Made by a program: the position numbers and the translations under genes. From Anaeramoeba ignava BMAN (taxonomy: Eukaryota > Protista > Anaeramoebae), in assembly GCA_028826165.1 (NCBI GenBank), contig JAPDFW010000070.1, positions 930,001 to 994,000 on the forward strand: a DNA stretch of 64,000 nt, in the 5' to 3' direction. The first letter of the stretch is position 1. Each line of letters begins with the position of its first letter. Below the pieces are notes generated by a model. The model was not told the DNA's origin, did not search any database, and saw only the letters and a list, made by a program, of their open reading frames with translations. Shown here piece after piece: positions 24,435 to 37,564 of this stretch.

Positions 24435-27400
24435 TTAGCAACAACCTCCACTTTTTTCCTTCTTTTCCTTTTTCTTTTTCTTTTTATCTTTTACATTAAG
24501 TGGAACAGTTTTTTTTGTATCGTTTCGAATTCCACTTTAAAATTTAATTTAATTTAATTTAATTTAATTTAATTGAATTTAATTTAATTGAATTTAATTT
24601 AATTTAATTTAATTTAATTTAATTTAATTTAATTTAATTTAATTTAATTTAATTTAATTTAATTGAATTTTTACTTAAAAAGAATTTTTTGTGTAAAATT
24701 TGTAAAAGCTTCCATTAAATTTTCACCTGTTTTTGCACTAACTTCATAAAAAATAGCATTAACAGAATCAGCAAAATTCTATAAAACATTTTTATTTTGA
24801 TTTTGATTTTGAATTTGATTTTATTTTGATTTTGATTTTAATTTTGATTTTGATTTTGAATTTTATTTTTATTTTGATTTTGATTTTAATTTTGATTTTG
24901 ATTTTGATTTTGATTTTGATTTTGATTTTGATTTTGATTTTGATTTTGATTTTGATTTTTATTTGATTTTTGATTTTGATTTTTATTTTGATTTTCATTT
25001 TGATTTTCATTTTGATTTTGATTTTGATTTTGATTTTGATTTTGATTTTGATTTTGATTTTGATTTTGATTTTGATTTTGATTTTGATTTTGATTTTGAT
25101 TTTGATTTTGATTTTGATTTTGATTTTTATTTTGATTTTGATTTTGATTTTTATTTTGATTTTGATTTTGATTTTGATTTTGATTTTGATTTTGATTTTG
25201 ATTTTGATTTTGATTTTGATTTTGATTTTGATTTTGATTTTGATTTTTATTTTGATTTTTAATTACTTGTCCTTCTTCAATATCAACTTGTCTTTTATGT
25301 TGAAGATCAGCTTTATTTGCGATAATCATTTTTTCTACATTTGGTGGTGCATTTTTTTGTACTGATTCAATCCAATAATTTAAATCTTGAAGTGATTTTT
25401 TTGAAGTAATATCATATATTAAAACAACTCCATTTGCTCCTCTATAATATGGTCCTGTAATTGCTCTAAATCTTTCTTGTCCTAAAAAAAAAGGAATTAG
25501 AATTAGAATTAAAATTAATATTAGAATTAAAATTAAAATTAAAATTAATTAAAATTAGAATTAGAATTAGAATTAAAATTGAAATTAAAATTAAAATTAA
25601 AATTAGAATTATAATTAATATTAAAATTAAAAATTAGTTAAAATTAGAATTAGAATTAGATTAGAATTAGAATTAAAATTAAAATTTAGAATTAGAATTA
25701 GAATTAGAATTAGAATTAGAATTAAAATTAAAATTAAAAATTAGAATTAAAATTAAATTAGAATTGGAATTAAAATTAGAATTAATATAAAAATTAGAAT
25801 TAAAATTAAAAATTAAAAATTAGAATTAGAATTAAAAATTAAAATTAAAATTTAAAATTAGAATTAGAATTAAAATTAGAATTAAAATTAAAATTAAAAT
25901 TAAATTAATATTAAAAATTAGAATTAAAATTAGAAATTGAAGAATTAGAATTAGAATTAAAATTAAAAATTAAAATTAAAATTAAAATTAGAAATTAGAA
26001 TTAGAATTAGAATTAGAATTAGAATTAGAAATTAGAATTAGAATTAGAATTAGAATTAAAATTAAAATTAGAATTAGAATTAAATTAAAATCAAAATTAA
26101 TATTAGAATTAAAAATTAAAATTAAAATTAAAAATTAAAATTAGAATTAGAATTAGAATTTGAATTAAAATTAAAATTAAAATTAAAATTTGGAATTAAA
26201 ATTAAAATTAAAATTAAAATTAAAATTTAAAATTAAAATTAAAATTAAAATTAAAATTAAAATTAAAATTAAAAATTAAAATTAAAATTAGAATTAGAAT
26301 TAAAATTAAAATTAATATTAAAATTAAAATTAAAATTAGAATTAGAATTAAAATTAAAATTAAAATTAGAATTAAAATTAAAATTATAATTAAAATTAAA
26401 ATTAAAAATTAAAATTAAAATTAAAATTAGAATTAGAATTAGAATTAGAATTAGAATTAGAAGAATTAAAATTAGAATTAAAATTAAAATTAAAATTAAA
26501 AATTAAAATTAAAATTATGAAAAAATTATTAAAATTTAAAATTAAATTAGAATTTAAAAAAAAATTAAAAATTAAAATTTAAAATTAGAATTTAAAAATT
26601 AGAAATTAAAATTAAAATTAAAATTAGAATTAGAATTAAAATTAGAATTAAAATTAAAATTAGGGAATTTAAAATTAGAATTAGAATTAGAATTAGAATT
26701 AGAATTAGAATTTAAATTAGAATTAAAATTAGAATTAAAATTAGAATTAGAATTAGAATTAAAATTAGAATTAAAATTAGAATTAGAATTAGAATTAAAA
26801 TTAATATTAGAATTAGAATTAAATTAGAATTAAATTAGAATTAGAATTAATATTGAAATTAATATTAGAATTAGAATTAAAATTAGAATTAAAATTAGAA
26901 TTAGAATTAGAATTAGAATTAAAATTATAATTAAAATTAGAATTAATATTAAAATTAAAATTAAAATTAATATTAATATTAGAATTAAAATTAAAATTAA
27001 TATTAATATTAGAATTATAATTATAAATATGAATAGATTCCAAACTAAAAGTGAATTTTAAAACATTGTAAATAAAATTGTAAATAAAAAGGTAATTTGA
27101 ATTGATTACCAGCAGTATCCCACTAAAAAAATAATTTAAAATAAAAAATGTAAAATGAGAATGTTATTGAAAAAAAAAAAAAAGTTTTTCGGTTAAAATT
27201 ACTAATTGAAGTTTCACAGTTTGTTCTTTAATTGTTATTGTTGAATAACGAAAATCAACACCAGATGTTGTTACAGTATCAGGAACATATTGTCCATCAC
27301 AAACTCTTTGAAGAATACAAGTCTTTTTTTTATTAATAAAAAGGATAAAAAAATATTTTTTTTTTTCGAATTGAATTTATTTTTTTTAAATTTGTTTTCA

Positions 27401-27480
27401 TTTGTTTTTTTTTTGAAAAGAAAAACCTTGCCAACTTGTGTTGGTCCTAATAAAACAAGTTTAACATTTTGAATATTCAT
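24435..27480 (-). CDS. Rab family small GTPase; exons 27480-27427, 27322-27203, 27122-27110, 25481-25267, 24778-24675, 24534-24435
   Basis: GPTQVGKT, SGVDF, WDTAGQERFRAITGPYYRGA, ANKADL, EVSAKTG, and a polybasic tail ending GGCC*. Five GT-AG introns are frame-consistent. Confidence 0.95.
25495..27030. repeat. (AATTAG/AATTAA)n hexamer satellite in Rab intron 3
   Basis: Visible tandem repeat. Confidence 0.9.
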
Positions 27481-27546
27481 TTAAAATAAAAAAGAAAACA
27501 AAAATAAAAAAGAAAAAAATGTTTTTGAAAAATTGGAAATTCAAAC

Positions 27547-27577
<31 letters not shown>

Positions 27578-27762
27578 TTCTTTTCAAGAAATTTAAAAAT
27601 TTCCAAAAAAAAAAGTGGAATGAATTTGAATTTGTTTTTAAAATATTAAATTATTAAATTATTCAATTAAATTTTTTCAATTTTTGTTTGCTTTAAATTT
27701 TTAAATTTTTAAAATATTAAATTATTAAATTATTTCAATTAAATTTTTTCAATTTGTTTGAA

Positions 27763-28671
27763 TTAGAATAATAATAATTTTTTCTTCATCATTTGAAAGC
27801 TATTTGAATAAGCAAACAATCGAGAATCCAAATCAAAATATTCACTTTGATTATCTTCAAAATTTTTTCGAAGTTGAAATAAATCACTTGATAAATCTTC
27901 AAGTTGACTTCGAATTTCAACAATAGTTTGAAAAGCTTTTCTTGCAAAAGCAGTTGAATCTTTAAATTCCATTTCAGATAATTCATTAATTCGATTGATT
28001 GTGGATTTAATATAAACTGTATTCAAATTAGATCTTGTTTTTGTTTTAGGTTCTTCTTTGATTTCTGAATCAATTTTATTTTCATTTTCATTTTGAATTT
28101 GATTTTCATTTTCAATTTGATTTTGATTTTCATTTTGATTTTCAATTTGATTTTCATTTTGATTTTGATTTTGATTTTCATTTTGATTATCTAAATCATT
28201 ATCTGTATCATCTTTAATATCATCTTTAATATCATCTTTAATATCATCTTTAATTTCATCTTTAATTTCATCTTTAATATCATCTTTAATTTCATCTTTA
28301 ATTTCATTTTGATTTTCATTTTGATTTTCATTTTCATTTTTTTTTAAATTATATTCATTTTCAAAACTTTCAAAATCTGAATCATTTATTGGTAAATCTT
28401 CAAATTCATCTGAAAGATTTAGATCTAAATTATCATTATCAAAAGAATCATTACCAATATCAGAAAAATGTAAATCATTCAAATCAATATCAATTGGATT
28501 TTCAAAAAAACTATCCTTAATTTTTTTTTAATTTTTTTTAATTTTTTTTTAATTTTTTTTAATTTTAATTTAATTTTAATTTTTTTGAAAACAAACATCT
28601 TCATAAATTTGAGAAATAGATTTTAAATCTTGAAGTATCGAATTTGATTCAGAAATTTTTGGAGAACTCAT
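27763..28671 (-). CDS. Unknown acidic protein with C-terminal coiled coil; exons 28671-28597, 28515-27763
   Basis: ATG at 28671, GTTTGT...ATTAAG intron, in frame with the 239-aa ORF. Confidence 0.7.
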
Positions 28672-28766
28672 TTTAAGAAATTTAATTAAAAAAAAATTTT
28701 TTGAAAATGAAAAAAAATGAAAAAAAAAAATTTTCATTTTTCTCCTTTTTATTTTTTTTAATTAAA
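28672..28766. promoter_or_regulatory. Compact bidirectional promoter (95 bp) between the acidic gene and EXO1
   Basis: AAAATGAAAA twice at ~28704-28722 and TTTTCATTTT at 28731. Confidence 0.6.
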
Positions 28767-30188
28767 ATGGGAATAAAAGATTTACTTAAAATCTTCAGAC
28801 CTGTTGCAAGAAAAATTAATCTTTCAAAGTATAAAGGAAAAAAAATAGCAATTGATTCTTTTGTTATACTTCATAAATATGCAATTAATTGGGCCAAAGA
28901 AGTAGTTGAAGAGAATTCAAAAAAGTAAAAAATTTAAATTGAAAAAAATCCACTTTCATTTTTTTAATTAAAAAAAAATTTTTTTTTTTCAGTTTAATAA
29001 ATTCTTGTTTAAATGCTATTGAGTCTTGGGTTTCTTTGGGGATCATTCCTGTTATGGTTTTTGATGGAAGAGAATTGCCAATGAAAAAAAAAACGAATCA
29101 AAATCGGGAAAAAAAAAGATCTGAAGCTTTAAAAAATGCAATTCAAGCAACAAAAGAAGGAGATCACAAAAAAGCACGATCAGAATATATAAAAGCAATT
29201 TCAATAACTCCTAAAATTGTTCATAATTTTATTGAAGTAAATCCAATAAAAATTTTTTGTTCCACTTTTTTTTAAAAAAAAGCAAAAAAAAAAATCAAAA
29301 AAAAAGGAACTTCAGAAAAAAAAGATTGAAGTTATTGTCGCCCCCTATGAAGCAGATGCTCAATTAACATATTTATATTTAAATAATTATTGTTCTGCTG
29401 TTTTAACAATTGATTCAGATTTACTTGTTTATGGAGTTGAAAATTGTATTTTTGATTGTGATAAAGATGGAAATGGATATGAAATGAGTTGGAAAGATAT
29501 ATATAAAGTTAATCAAGATGGAAATTTAAATCAACTTGAAAATCAACTTGAAAATTTAAATTTAAATGAAAATGAAAATGAAAATGAAAATGAAAAAAAT
29601 TCTTCAACAAAAATTATTTTTGATTTTTCGGGTTGGACTTATGAAATGTTTTTGAAAATGGTCATTTTATCAGGTTGTGATTACTTAAAATCAATAAAAG
29701 GAATTGGATTGAAAAGAGCCTTTAATTTAGTTTCAAAATTTGAAAAAATGGAAAAAGTAAATTATTTGCAAAAAAAAAAACGAAAAAAAATATTTTCAAA
29801 AACAAAAACAAAAAAAAATTCTTTTTAAAAATTAGATTTATCAAGAAATTGAAAAGAAAAAACAAATTCCTTTAGATTATAAAACAAATTTTCAAAATGC
29901 TTTCTTAACTTTTCTTCATCAAAGAGTTTATGATCCAATTAAAAAAGAAATGGTTTTTTTAAGACCATTTGATCCAAAACTTGAACTTGATTTGGATGTT
30001 TCAAAATTAAAAAATTCAAATTTTCTTGGAGAGTAAAAAAGAAATGATTAAAATCTAAATTAAAATTTAATTTAAAATTAATTTAAAATATTTTTTTTTG
30101 TTCCACTTTTTTTAGATTTTTAAAATCAGAAATTGTTGAAGGAATTGCAAAAGGAAAATTAAATCCAAGAACTTTAAAAGAATTTTAA
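28767..30188 (+). CDS. EXO1: Exonuclease 1 (XPG/Rad2 family), nuclease core only; exons 28767-28924, 28993-29236, 29307-29756, 29836-30032, 30116-30188 (~373 aa)
   Basis: MGIKDLL, KIAIDS..LHK, VFDGRELPMK, VAPYEADAQL, DSDLLVYG, LSGCDYL..IKGIGLKRA, FLHQRVYDP, FLG..IAKGKLNP. Confidence 0.92.
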
Positions 30189-30416
30189 ATAAGAAAATAA
30201 GAAAATAAGAAAATATAAGAAAAGATCAAAAAAGAAAAAAGAAATGAAATAAAACTTTTCTTTTCTTTTCTTTTAACGTATTTTTTCTTTTTTCTTTAAT
30301 TTTATTTTTTCTCAAATAAAAAAGAAGGCAAATTAATTCAATTTTTATTTTTTTCATTTTTTTTTTCATTTTTTATTTTTAATTTTTATTTTCCTTTTTT
30401 TTTAATTTACAAAACA

Positions 30417-33400
30417 ATGCAAACTGATTTAGAAAATCAAAATTATTTATGGTTAAATAATTTTTTTGAAGGAAACATTAATTCAGATTCAACTGATGAA
30501 GAGATATCTTCTTTTTTATGCCAAGTTTTGAATATGATAAATCCTAATTTGATTTCCAAAATTTCCAAGTGAGTTAAAAAAAAAAATTTTTTTAAATAAT
30601 AAATTAAATAATAAATTAAATAATTTTAATAATAAAATAAATAATAAATTTAATAATAAATTTAATAATAAATTAAATAAATTAAATAATAAATTAAATA
30701 ATAAATTAAATAATAAATTAAATAATAAATTAAATAATAAATTAAATAATAAATTAAATAATAAATTAAATAATAAATTAAATAATAAATTAAATAATAA
30801 ATTAAATAATAAATTAAATAATAAATTTAATAATAAATTAATAATAAAATAAATAATAAATTAAATAATAAATTAAATAATAAATTAAATAATTAAAAAT
30901 AAAATTAAATAATTAAAAATAAATTAAATAATTAAAAATAAATTAAATAATAAATTAAATAATAAAATAAATAATAAATAAAAATAATAATTAAAATAAT
31001 TAAATAATAAATTAAATAATAAAATAAATAATAAATAAAATAATAAATAAAATAATAAATAAAAATAATAAATTTAATAATAAAATTAAATAATAAAATA
31101 ATAAATAAAATAAATAAAATAATAAATTAAATAATAAATTTAAAATAATAAATTTAATAATAAATTTAATAATAAATTAAATAATAAATTAAATAATAAA
31201 TTAAATAATAAATAAAATAATAAAATTTATAATAAATTAAATAATAAATTAAATAATAAATTAAATAATAAATTAAATAATTTTAATAATAAATTAAATA
31301 ATAAATTAAATAAATTTAATAATAAATTAAATAATAAATTAAATAATAAATTAAATAATTAAATAATAAATTAAATAATTTTAATAATAAATTAAATAAT
31401 AAATTTAATAATAAATTAAATAATAAAAATAAATAATAAATTAATTAATAAATTAAATAATAAATTAAATAATTAAATAATTAAATAATTAATAAATTAA
31501 ATAATAAATAAAATAATAAATTTATTAATAAATTAAATAATAAATTAAATAATTTTAATAATAAATTAAATAATAAATTAAATAATAAATTAAAATAAAT
31601 TAAATAATAAATAATAAATAAATAAAATAATAAATCAAATAATAAATAAAATAATAAATCAAATAATAAATTTAATAATAAATTAAATAATAAATTTAAT
31701 AATAAATTAAATAATAAATTAAATAATAAATTTAATAATAAATTTAATAATAAATTTAATAAAAATAAATAATAAATTAAATAATAAATTAAATAATAAA
31801 TTAAATAATAAATTAAATAATTTAATTAAAAAATAAAATAAAATAAATAATAAATTAAATAATAAATTAAATAATAAATTAAATAATAAAATTAAATAAT
31901 AAATTAAATAATAAATTAAATAATAAATTCAAATAATAAATAAAATAATAAATTCAAATAATAAATTCAAATAATAAATTAAAATAATAAATTAAATAAT
32001 AAATCAAATAAATTAAATAATAAATTAAATAATAAATTAAATAATAAATTAAATAATAAATTAAATAATAAATAAATTATAAAATAAATAATAAAATAAA
32101 TAATAAAATAAATAATAAAAATAATAAATTAAATAATAAAATTTAATAATAAAATAAATAATAAATTAAATAATAAATTAAATAATAAATTAAATAATAA
32201 ATTAAATAATAAATTTAATAATAAATTAAATAATTTTAATAATAAATTAAATAATAAATTAATAAATAAAATAATAAATTAAATAATAAAATTAAATAAT
32301 AAATTAAATAATAAAATAAATAATAAATTTAATAATAAATTAAATAAATAAATTTAATAATAAATTAAATAAATAAATTTAATAATAAATTAAATAAATA
32401 AATTTAATAATAAATTAAATAATAAATAAAATAATAAATTAATAAATTAAATAATTTTAATAATAAAATAAATAATAAAATAAATAATAAAATAATAAAA
32501 TAAATAATAAAATAAATAATAAAATAATAAATTAAATAATTAAATAATAAATTAAATAATAAATTAAAAAATAAATTTAATAATAAATTAAATAATAAAT
32601 TAAATAATAAATTTAATAATAAATTAAATAAATAAATTTAATAATAAATTAAATAATAAATTAAATAATAAATTAAATAATAAATTAAATAATAAATTTA
32701 ATAAATTAAATAATAAATTTAATAATAAATAATAATAAAATTCCTTTTTAGATCTAATGCTGAAAAAAACTTCAGAAATTTCTTTCTTGCTTGCAAAAAA
32801 CTGGGAATCGAGATGGAAAATAAAACAAACTCACAAGATATATCGGAAATAGCAAACCGAGACAATATTGGTGAAATGATAGAAAAATTACGAAAATATT
32901 ATTTCAAATCAACAAAATCAATAATTGAACAACAAGCTTTCAAAAAAGATCCAAGCACACTTTCACAGAAGCAGGAATCAGCAGAATGGGCGCAGATAGA
33001 AAAAGATCGGGAGTTGGAATCTCAAAATTCTATAATGTATCTTCCGTCGAAAATCAGCAAGAACATGAAAACAATTAACGGAGAAAAAGTTCACGAAATA
33101 TTTTCGAAAATCAAGAATCATTTCAGTTCAGGGTAAAGCCAAATTCAAGGTGGTTTGCTTTGATAAATCGGGAAAGGAATATGATGGGAAAATAAGTATA
33201 ACGACCGAGGAGATGAAAATCAAAGCCGGCAAAGAAGTGCTAATGATCTCGAAATTTTTACAAAATCCAATAGCGAAAATTTCTGTTGAAAATCCCAGCA
33301 AAGAAACAGAAAACCAGGACAAAGAAAAACAATCGAAGCTGTTCTACATAATCAACAAGGAAACAAATGCAATCATCAATTTGATGGCTGAATCGACGAC

Positions 33401-36400
33401 AGAACGCTTTATCATTTGGAAAACGTTTGCACTTTTTGACACTTATCCAGGAAAAACCGTTGAAAAATTTCCAATTGATGGAACAATTATTTCTTCCAGC
33501 GAAGAGATCAACGCGATTGTTCGCAGATGCCTGAAAAACGGAACAGCAAAGTTCGAAAAACTGCAGGTTTTCGATCAACATCTCAATTTGAAGCAGATCA
33601 GTCTTGAATTATTCAAAGACCACATAAAAATCACTTCTGGCGGTCAACCTGTTCAGATATCATTCAATAAGTTTTTCAGAGTCTCCACAGACACAAAGAA
33701 CGACCATGTTGTGCGGCTTCAGTTCGGGATGACTTCCACGGCAGGATTCATCTTGATCTCATGCGACTCAATCACACTGAGAAATTTACTGTTGAATTCT
33801 TTTTATCATTTCAACAAAAATCGTCTTAAACAAAATAACGAGAAAATTGACATCAAACAAAAATTCAAGTGTAAAGTTTCCACTTCGGAAAAGAAACACG
33901 ACGGCACAATCATTGTTCATCCAAAGTTCGTGCTGCTCAAGGTTCACAATAGCGAGATGAAGATTCCGTACTCTGTAAAGCACAAGTTAATGAACAACAT
34001 CCGCAAATTCAATATTGTCCGATTAGATTTAAAGACCAAAAAATATATCGAATTGGAATTTTCTTCCGACGAGAATTGCCATGAATTCGTCCAGCTCTTC
34101 AACGACGAACGCGCGCGCTATTTGATTCAAACTTACGACTCAAAGATTTTCTGTTCATTCACAACAATTACTGATGATTCGGGAAACAAGCAAAACTGTC
34201 AAATCATTGTTTCTCCCAAAAACATTCTTTTGATCAAGCCAAGCAATATTATCGACAACTATCTTTTTCGAAACTCAAAGTTTTCGCCTTCCAAACGCGA
34301 CTCAAAAGCTTGTTTTTTCTTTGTTCAATCGTCGGAAGATGAGGATGATCGCCAAACCATTTGTTTCCAGTTTAATCAGCCTGAATCCCGAAACTCGCTG
34401 CTGAATTATATCAAGCCGCTTCTCGAGCTCAAGCCCGAAAAAGAGCAAAAAACAGAAGAAGCAACACCTTGGGGTTTTGTTATTGATCCTTCTACAAATC
34501 AACAGACAAAGCAAAAAGCCCAAATTTTCTTTTCGGATCATAAATACAAAATCCAAATCGAAAAACAAATTTTCAAAGACTGGATTTCGTTGGTTCAGAA
34601 ATTCGAAGTAGATCCCCAAAATGAAAATGTTTGCATCGTTTCAATTCCTGATCAAAGCGAGTTTTCCGTTCTTTTCCAAGAATCAGAACAACCCAAAAAA
34701 CTTGTTGCTTTATATAACGAAAAGAAGAAGAAATTTCTTACACAATTAATCACAATTCAGAGCAAATTTGGCGAATCTTCCGCTACTTTCAAGGCAAAAA
34801 TCAACAAGAAAATTGCTCTCATCAAATTGGATCATGAACAAGTTTCTGTTTTTGATGAAAAGGAAAGCAAAGTATTTGGAGCAAAATATTTGGATTCAGA
34901 CAAACTAAAACTTGAAACTGTTGATAAAAAACAAAATCCAAACCGAATGCAATTCAGTTTGAAAGACGATTCAGAATCGAAACGAATTGCTTTCGATCTA
35001 ATAGCTTTGAAGGACAAGTTTATTTTAAAGAAAGTATTTTTGCTATTCCAAGAATATTCAAAAGAAAAGATTGAGAAATTATCAGTAAATGGGAAGATAC
35101 TAAATAATCAATACGAAATCAACAGCATTGTAACACGATTTTATCAAGATAAAAAAGCATCATTTGATGTGAAGGTTTTATCAGCAGATTCAAGACAAAC
35201 ACCGATCCAACTGCAAATCATGCAAAACGGAATCAGTTTTGTATCGAAATCACCAAGACCAATTGTTTTCCAATGGGAAATTTATCAATTCAATATAAAA
35301 TTATTAACAACAGAATACAAACTCATCCAAATCACAGTTGTTGACCAGAAATCAACAAAAGTCATCTATGTTTCTTGCGATAACGAATTGATTCGCGAAG
35401 TCATCTTCAAAACTTTAATGTCTTTTATGAAGATTCACCAGATGAAAAAGAAGGAAAAAGTGGAAGCCTCAATAACTAAATTTGCAGCAATTGTTCATTC
35501 AATTAAAATGGTTGAAGACGAGCAAAAAGAGCAAGAAAAGGAGAAACCCAAATCACCATCAATAACACCTCAAACACCAACAAAACAAACATCGATATCA
35601 TATTCAACAACTCCAATAACGCCAATAAAAGATAAAATTGAAACAAAAGAAAAGATTGAAACAAAAGAAAAAATTGAGACAAAAGATAAACAAAAACCAA
35701 AAAAAGAAACATCGAGTGAATCAGATGATTTTCTTGTTGAATCAGAATCAGATTCACTTTCAGACTCAGAAAGCGATGAAGATGAAAAACCAAAAACCCA
35801 AACTATCAAAGAAGAAGTTGCCATTTTCAAAGGAACCATTGCCAAAAAAGATCCCTAAACAACATGTTCAAATTTCCTTTTCGGATCATAAATACAAAAT
35901 CCAAATCGAAAAACAAATTTTCAAAGACTGGATTTCGTTGATTCAGAAATGCGATTTTGATTTGATCAACAAGAATATTTGTGTCATTTCAATTCCTGAT
36001 CAAAGCGAGTTTTCCGTTCTTTTCCAAGAACCAGATCAATGCAAAAAACTTGTTGCTTTATATAACGAAAAGAAGAAGAAATTTCTTACACAATTAATCA
36101 CAACTCAGAGCAAATTTGGCGAATCTTCCGCTACTTTCAAGGCAAAAATCAACAAGAAAATTGGATCGGTTCATTTGGATCATGAACAAATTTCTGTTTT
36201 TGATGAAAAGGAAAGCAAAGTATTTGGAGCAAAATATTTGGATTCAGACAAACTAAAACTTGAAACTGTTGATAAAAAACAAAATCCAAACCGAATGCAA
36301 TTCAGTTTGAAAAACGAAAAACAGGGAAAAAGAATTGTTTTTGAACTTGTGGATCATGAAGACAAGTTTATTTTGAAGAAAGTATTTTTGCTATTCCAAG

Positions 36401-37463
36401 AATATTCAAAAGAAAAGATTGAGAAATTATCAGTAAACGGGAAGATACTAAATAATCAATACGAAATCAACAGCATTGTAACACGATTTTATCAAGATAA
36501 AAAGCATCATTTGATGTGAAGGTTTTATCAGCAGATTCAAGACAAACACCGATCCAACTGCAAATCACACAAAGCGGAGTCAGTTTTGTATCGAAATCAC
36601 CAAGACCAATTGTTTTCCAATGGGAAACTTATCAATTCAATATAAAATTATTAACAACAGAATACAAACTCGTCCAAATCACAGTGAACGACCAGAAATC
36701 AACAAAAGTCATCTATGTTTCTTGCGATGATAACGAGCTAATTCGAGAAGTCATCTTCAAAACACTGTCTGCTTATGAACGAGTGTTCAATTCAAAAGAA
36801 AAGGAAGAAGCCTCAATAACTAAATTTGCAGCAATTGTTCATTCAATTAAAATGGTCGAAGGCGAGCAAAAAAAAGACCAAGAAAAGGAGAAAGGGAAAA
36901 CAGAAACAAAACAAAAATCGCACAAGAAAAAGAGCTCTTTGGATGATACATCGAGCGAGTCTGACGCCAAATTCAAAATTGAGTCGGAATCCAATTCAGA
37001 TTCAGAGACAGAATCCGAATCCGATAAAGAAAAGAACAAAAAATCTTCAACAAGCACTTCGGAATCCGAGCCAAGCGACAAAGAAACAAAGAAGAAACAA
37101 GAAGAGCCGCCAAAAGCAATAGTTTTTGATGAAAAGAAGATTGAAGAAGAAGCAAAAAGTCTTTTTGAGACAAAAAAAGTGGATTTTTATGGCAAACTTC
37201 AAAGACATCCAAATTTCATTGAGGGAGTACTCAAGCTTAGAAGGCGGAGAATCAAAATTCATGCAAGCGGATCCAAGATTACTTTTTATCGGCAGAAATG
37301 GAAGAAAACTTTCCAAATTTTCCAGGATCCAAAACAACCGAAAATGGTTATGATTCAATTTGATAAAAAGCAAAAGTTGATTTTTTCTTTTGATAGTGAA
37401 TATGATAAGAGGGTTGCTGTTAAAGTTTTGACATTTTTTATTCAGGGTATTGGAAAGAAATGA
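30417..37463 (+). CDS. Large (~1600 aa) protein with N-terminal calponin-homology-like segment and tandem PH-like beta-rich modules; intron 30569-32751; apparent frameshifts near 33132, 35850 and 36503
   Basis: Exon 1 WLNNFF..FLCQVLNMINPNLISKI splices in frame to AEKNFRNFFLACKKLGI (CH-like). Consecutive ORFs abut in shifted frames and there is an internal ~1 kb duplication. Confidence 0.65.
30595..32740. repeat. 12-mer satellite (AATAATAAATTA)n in intron
   Basis: Visible tandem repeat. Confidence 0.9.
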
Positions 37464-37564
37464 GTCTTTCTTGAGATTGTTTTCTTTTTTTTTTTTCTTT
37501 CTTTTTTTCTTTCTAAGAAGGATTTTTCAATTAATCAAAATCAGAATAAAAGGATAAAAAATAA

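Noticed and set aside
23446-25365. ILILIL / FDFDFD / KIKIKI ORFs (also at 2763, 21021-21823, 26819, 49881-50788, 53441, 54709-55261, 55976, 57466, 58765-59106)
   Set aside because: Translations of microsatellites in introns, in intergenic DNA, or in the wrong frame or strand.
25495-27030. (TTAGAA)n as interstitial telomere
   Set aside because: It lies inside a Rab intron, is mixed with TTAAAA, and has only one isolated TTAGGG.
33120-36520. Programmed frameshifting
   Set aside because: The shifts lie in or beside homopolymers, and the duplicated copy is in frame at the equivalent site (GATAAAAAAGCA at ~35148 vs GATAAAAAGCA at ~36496), pointing to sequencing error.
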